Notes under the pieces: generated by a model
Told to the model about the DNA's origin: nothing
Seen by the model: the letters and a program-made list of their open reading frames with translations, nothing else
Databases searched by the model: none
Program-made: the position numbers and the translations under genes
In this document: positions 61,343-64,000 of the stretch, in pieces
How the letters are laid out: each line of letters begins with the position of its first letter
Position numbering within the stretch: the first letter of the stretch is position 1
Origin: Nocardioides sp.
GTDB lineage: Bacteria > Actinomycetota > Actinomycetes > Propionibacteriales > Nocardioidaceae
Reading direction: 5' to 3'
Length of the DNA stretch: 64,000 nucleotides
Assembly: GCA_035554935.1 (NCBI GenBank)
Contig: DATMHM010000094.1
Coordinates: 460 to 64,459 of the forward strand

Positions 61343-62332
61343 TCAGGACGTGTGGTGGAGCAGCAGCTCCTCCGCCGCGACCGATCCGGCGTGGGCGAGC
61401 TCGACCGGCTCGACCACGAACGCCTCGGGGCCGGCGGCGAGCAGGAGCCGGCCGACCCGCCGTTCCAGGGGCGGCAGCAGCTCGAGGTCGACCTCGACCG
61501 ACTCGGTGTCGTCGCGCACGAAGGTGACGCGTTCGGCGTAGAAGTCCGCGACCCAGCGCGCGCCCTGCGGGAGCACCACCTTCACGGTGGTGGTCGCCCG
61601 CTGGGCGACGAGCCGGTCACCGAGGTCGTCGGGCAGCTCGAAGGCGTCCTCCAGCACGTCCGCCGAGCGGATGTTGGAGAGCAGGAACGTCCGCAGCCGG
61701 CCGTCGGCGTCCGGCGGCCCGGCGTCGACCTCCCAGCCCCGGCGGGTCTGCACCAGCTGGTAGGGCTCGATGTCGCGCTCGGAGACGCCCGGGTCCCAGG
61801 CGCGGGAGTAGACGATCCGCACGCGCCGCTGCTCGTCGCGGGCGCGCCGCAGCTCCGGCAGCAGCCGGTTCCACGACCGCGCCGCCGGGACCGCGGGCGC
61901 GTCGTCGCTGCTGCGCTCGCCGAACATCGTCTCCGCGAGGACGTCGATCGCCTCCCCCAGCTCGACGTTGTCGGGCTCGGTGTCGAGCAGGGCCAGGGCC
62001 GCGGTGTAGACGAGACCGAGCTCGCCGGCGTCGACGTACTCCACGCCGAGGTCGATCGGGCCGTCGGCGGAGAGCCGGACGACGCCCGCCGTCCCCGGGT
62101 CCTCGGTGCGCCCGTCGGGGCCGAGGAACTCCAGGACGTCGGGCCGGGTCAGCAGCCACTCCCCGCCGAGGTCGGCGGTGTAGAACGCGAGCAGGTCCTC
62201 GCGCAGCTCCGCGACCGGGACGTCGAACTCGGCGGCCAGCGCCGCCAGGGCGAGCCCCTCGGGGTGCCGGGCGAGGCGGGCGAACACCTCCGGCAGCCGG
62301 GCGATCCGGGCGGCGTACTTCGGCTGGGTCAT
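61343..62332 (-). CDS. WYL-domain regulator, PafC-like
   Basis: N-terminal wHTH (LAALAAEFDVPVAELREDL); WYL domain (VRIVY, RDIEPYQL, LRTFLLSNI); WCX-like tail. Confidence 0.88.
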   Translation of the reverse strand: MTQPKYAARIARLPEVFARLARHPEGLALAALAAEFDVPVAELREDLLAFYTADLGGEWLLTRPDVLEFLGPDGRTEDPGTAGVVRLSADGPIDLGVEYVDAGELGLVYTAALALLDTEPDNVELGEAIDVLAETMFGERSSDDAPAVPAARSWNRLLPELRRARDEQRRVRIVYSRAWDPGVSERDIEPYQLVQTRRGWEVDAGPPDADGRLRTFLLSNIRSADVLEDAFELPDDLGDRLVAQRATTTVKVVLPQGARWVADFYAERVTFVRDDTESVEVDLELLPPLERRVGRLLLAAGPEAFVVEPVELAHAGSVAAEELLLHHTS

Positions 62333-63270
62333 GCCTCCTCCGTCCCTCGGGCCGCGTCCAGGGCGGCAACCACCTCGGCACGCACCTCGGGCGGCCCCAC
62401 GATCCGGACCCGCTCCCCGAGCTCGTTGAGCCGGGCCCGCAGCGCGGCCCGGTGGGTCACGCGGTAGCGGATCAGCACCGCGTCCGCACCGTCCGGCTCC
62501 ACCGAGAGCGGCTCCCCGAGCCAACGTCGTACGTCGGGCTCGAAGTGCGCGAGCGCGCGCAGGGTGACCTCGACCGGCGGGTCGATCTCCCACGACATCG
62601 GGTGCAGGCCGGTGTGGTGGGCTGCCGGGACCGGGCGCGCGGTGTGGGGATCGTCGCTGTCGGCGTCGACCATGCGCGAGACGACGAACGTCTTGACCTG
62701 GGCGTGGGGATCGGTGTCCTCGACGCCGCGGAGGTACCAGGTGCCGTTGTGGTTGCGCAGCGACTCGGGGTGCACGACCCGCGGCGTGCCCTTGTAGCCG
62801 AAACGCAGCACGGCGCCGTCCTTGACCGCGTCGACGACCAGGCTGAGCGCCTCCGGCTCGGCTGCCCGGACGGACGCCGCCGGAGTTCCTGCCGGCTGCG
62901 ACGACGGCTGCGACGACTCGGGCAGCCCGAGGCGGCGCACCAGGTCGGCGCGATCAGCGAGGAGGACCGCGCGGCGCAGCGCGGCCTGCTGCTCGGGCGA
63001 GAGCTTCACCCGGAGCCGGTTGTCGACGGTGGTCATCCGGTAGACGGCCGTCTCCCCCTGCGGGGCGACGTTCTCGATCCGCCAGCCCTGGTCCTCGAGG
63101 TAGCGGATCTCCCGCTTGAGCTGGTCGCGTGCGGCGTCCCCGTGGAACCCGGCGACCCGGACCAGGGTGTCGGCGCTGACGCCCTGCTCGGGGCGCTCCT
63201 GGAGCATCGCGGCGATCCGCACGAGTCGCTCCATCGGCGCGCGCTGGTCGCGTCCCGGAACCTTGGCCAC
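62329..63270 (-). CDS. WYL-domain regulator, PafB-like
   Basis: MERLVRIAAML, QLKREIRYLEDQGWRI, LSPEQQAAL, RVVHP, GTWYLRG, KTFVVSRM; ATGA overlap with the partner gene. Confidence 0.88.
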   Translation of the reverse strand: MAKVPGRDQRAPMERLVRIAAMLQERPEQGVSADTLVRVAGFHGDAARDQLKREIRYLEDQGWRIENVAPQGETAVYRMTTVDNRLRVKLSPEQQAALRRAVLLADRADLVRRLGLPESSQPSSQPAGTPAASVRAAEPEALSLVVDAVKDGAVLRFGYKGTPRVVHPESLRNHNGTWYLRGVEDTDPHAQVKTFVVSRMVDADSDDPHTARPVPAAHHTGLHPMSWEIDPPVEVTLRALAHFEPDVRRWLGEPLSVEPDGADAVLIRYRVTHRAALRARLNELGERVRIVGPPEVRAEVVAALDAARGTEEA

Positions 63271-63422
63271 GTCATCCCTCCCGAACGGTGCTGATGGGCC
63301 TGCGGGGCAGGTCCCTCGGCGTCGAGGGTATCGGCGCGGGGCGAGGCCGGGTGGTGCAACGCGGCAACCGCACCGGCAGCGTGCCGCTCCTCGACGCGCC
63401 GGAGAGACACGCTCGGCGAGAT

Positions 63423-63746
63423 TCAGAGATACAGGCCGGCGGCCTCGTCGGCGAGCCGCTCGGCCGCGACGGCGTGGATGTCGCGCTCGCGCATCACCAC
63501 GTAGACGTCGCCGGACACCTCGACCTCGGCCTTGTCCTCGGGGTCGTAGAGGACCTTGTCGCCGGCGACGACGGCACGGCAGTGCGGGCCGACGGCCACG
63601 ACGCGCGACCAGGCCAGGCGTCGGGCGCCCATGGCCGCGGTGGCGGGGATGACGATGCCGCCGGACGAGCGGCGCTCGCCGTCCTCGGTGTCGGTCTCGC
63701 ACAAGATGCGGTCGTGCAGCATCTTGATGGGGGTCTTGTCGGACAC
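63423..63746 (-). CDS. groES: GroES-family co-chaperonin paralog (no adjacent groEL)
   Basis: IKMLHDRIL, SSGGIVIPATA, VVAVGP, GDKVLY, MRERDIHAV. Confidence 0.85.
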   Translation of the reverse strand: MSDKTPIKMLHDRILCETDTEDGERRSSGGIVIPATAAMGARRLAWSRVVAVGPHCRAVVAGDKVLYDPEDKAEVEVSGDVYVVMRERDIHAVAAERLADEAAGLYL

Positions 63747-63754
63747 GGCCCCGG

Positions 63755-64000
63755 TCAGCGGGTGAGCTTGCGGACGACGACGAAGAGGGCGATCACGCCG
63801 ACCACGCCGCCGACCGTCTTGAGGATGTTGTCCGTGCGCGGCTCCCCCGTCCCGGCGTCGACGTAGTGCGCCTTCACCTGCGCCACCTCGCGACCGATGA
63901 TCGTCTTGGGGTGCGACCGGTAGAGCAGCTGGTCGATGGTGCCCGCGAGGCGCTCGCGGGCCTCCTCGATCTCGCGCTCGATGTCAGAGGGAGTCTCACT
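63755..64000 (-). CDS. DUF3618 protein (start just outside the window)
   Basis: SETPSDIEREIEEARERLAGTIDQLLYRSHPK..., C-terminal TM segment. Confidence 0.82.
   Translation of the reverse strand, partial: SETPSDIEREIEEARERLAGTIDQLLYRSHPKTIIGREVAQVKAHYVDAGTGEPRTDNILKTVGGVVGVIALFVVVRKLTR

Noticed and set aside
54179-61343. Integrated element at tRNA-Arg or tRNA-His
   Set aside because: No integrase, no duplicated tRNA 3' end seen within the window, and no GC shift

Overview
Very GC-rich (visually >70%) actinobacterial chromosome segment. Gene content and style suggest Nocardioidaceae (Nocardioides-like); this is inferred, not tested. It is mostly core genome: secA, folC, metG, pepN, ettA, ssb, orn, Mrp, TatB-like, a GroES paralog, tRNA-Arg(TCT), tRNA-His(GTG), a CtaI/CtaJ-like pair, truncated globin and fatty-acid enzymes. 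No IS, integrase, prophage or CRISPR is visible. Most interesting: (1) a 1.2-11.4 kb envelope-modification cluster with two sulfotransferase-like paralogs, a LicD-methyltransferase fusion, two EEP phosphodiesterases (one fused to a dead PLD domain), a secreted PLD-like protein and an OafA-SGNH acyltransferase; (2) a tandem duplicated unit of a single-pass membrane protein followed by an ECF sigma, each preceded by the same ATGTAACGC-N15-ACA(G/T)GTAC motif; (3) a PafBC-like WYL pair without pafA/tatAC; (4) a translationally coupled PrsW-dynamin-GTPase operon. Readable regulatory DNA includes two KstR-type boxes, a CsoR-type operator, many leaderless promoters (three built on the upstream gene's TAG stop codon) and REP-like mosaics. 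All calls come from reading motifs by eye, with no database search; start codons are best estimates.
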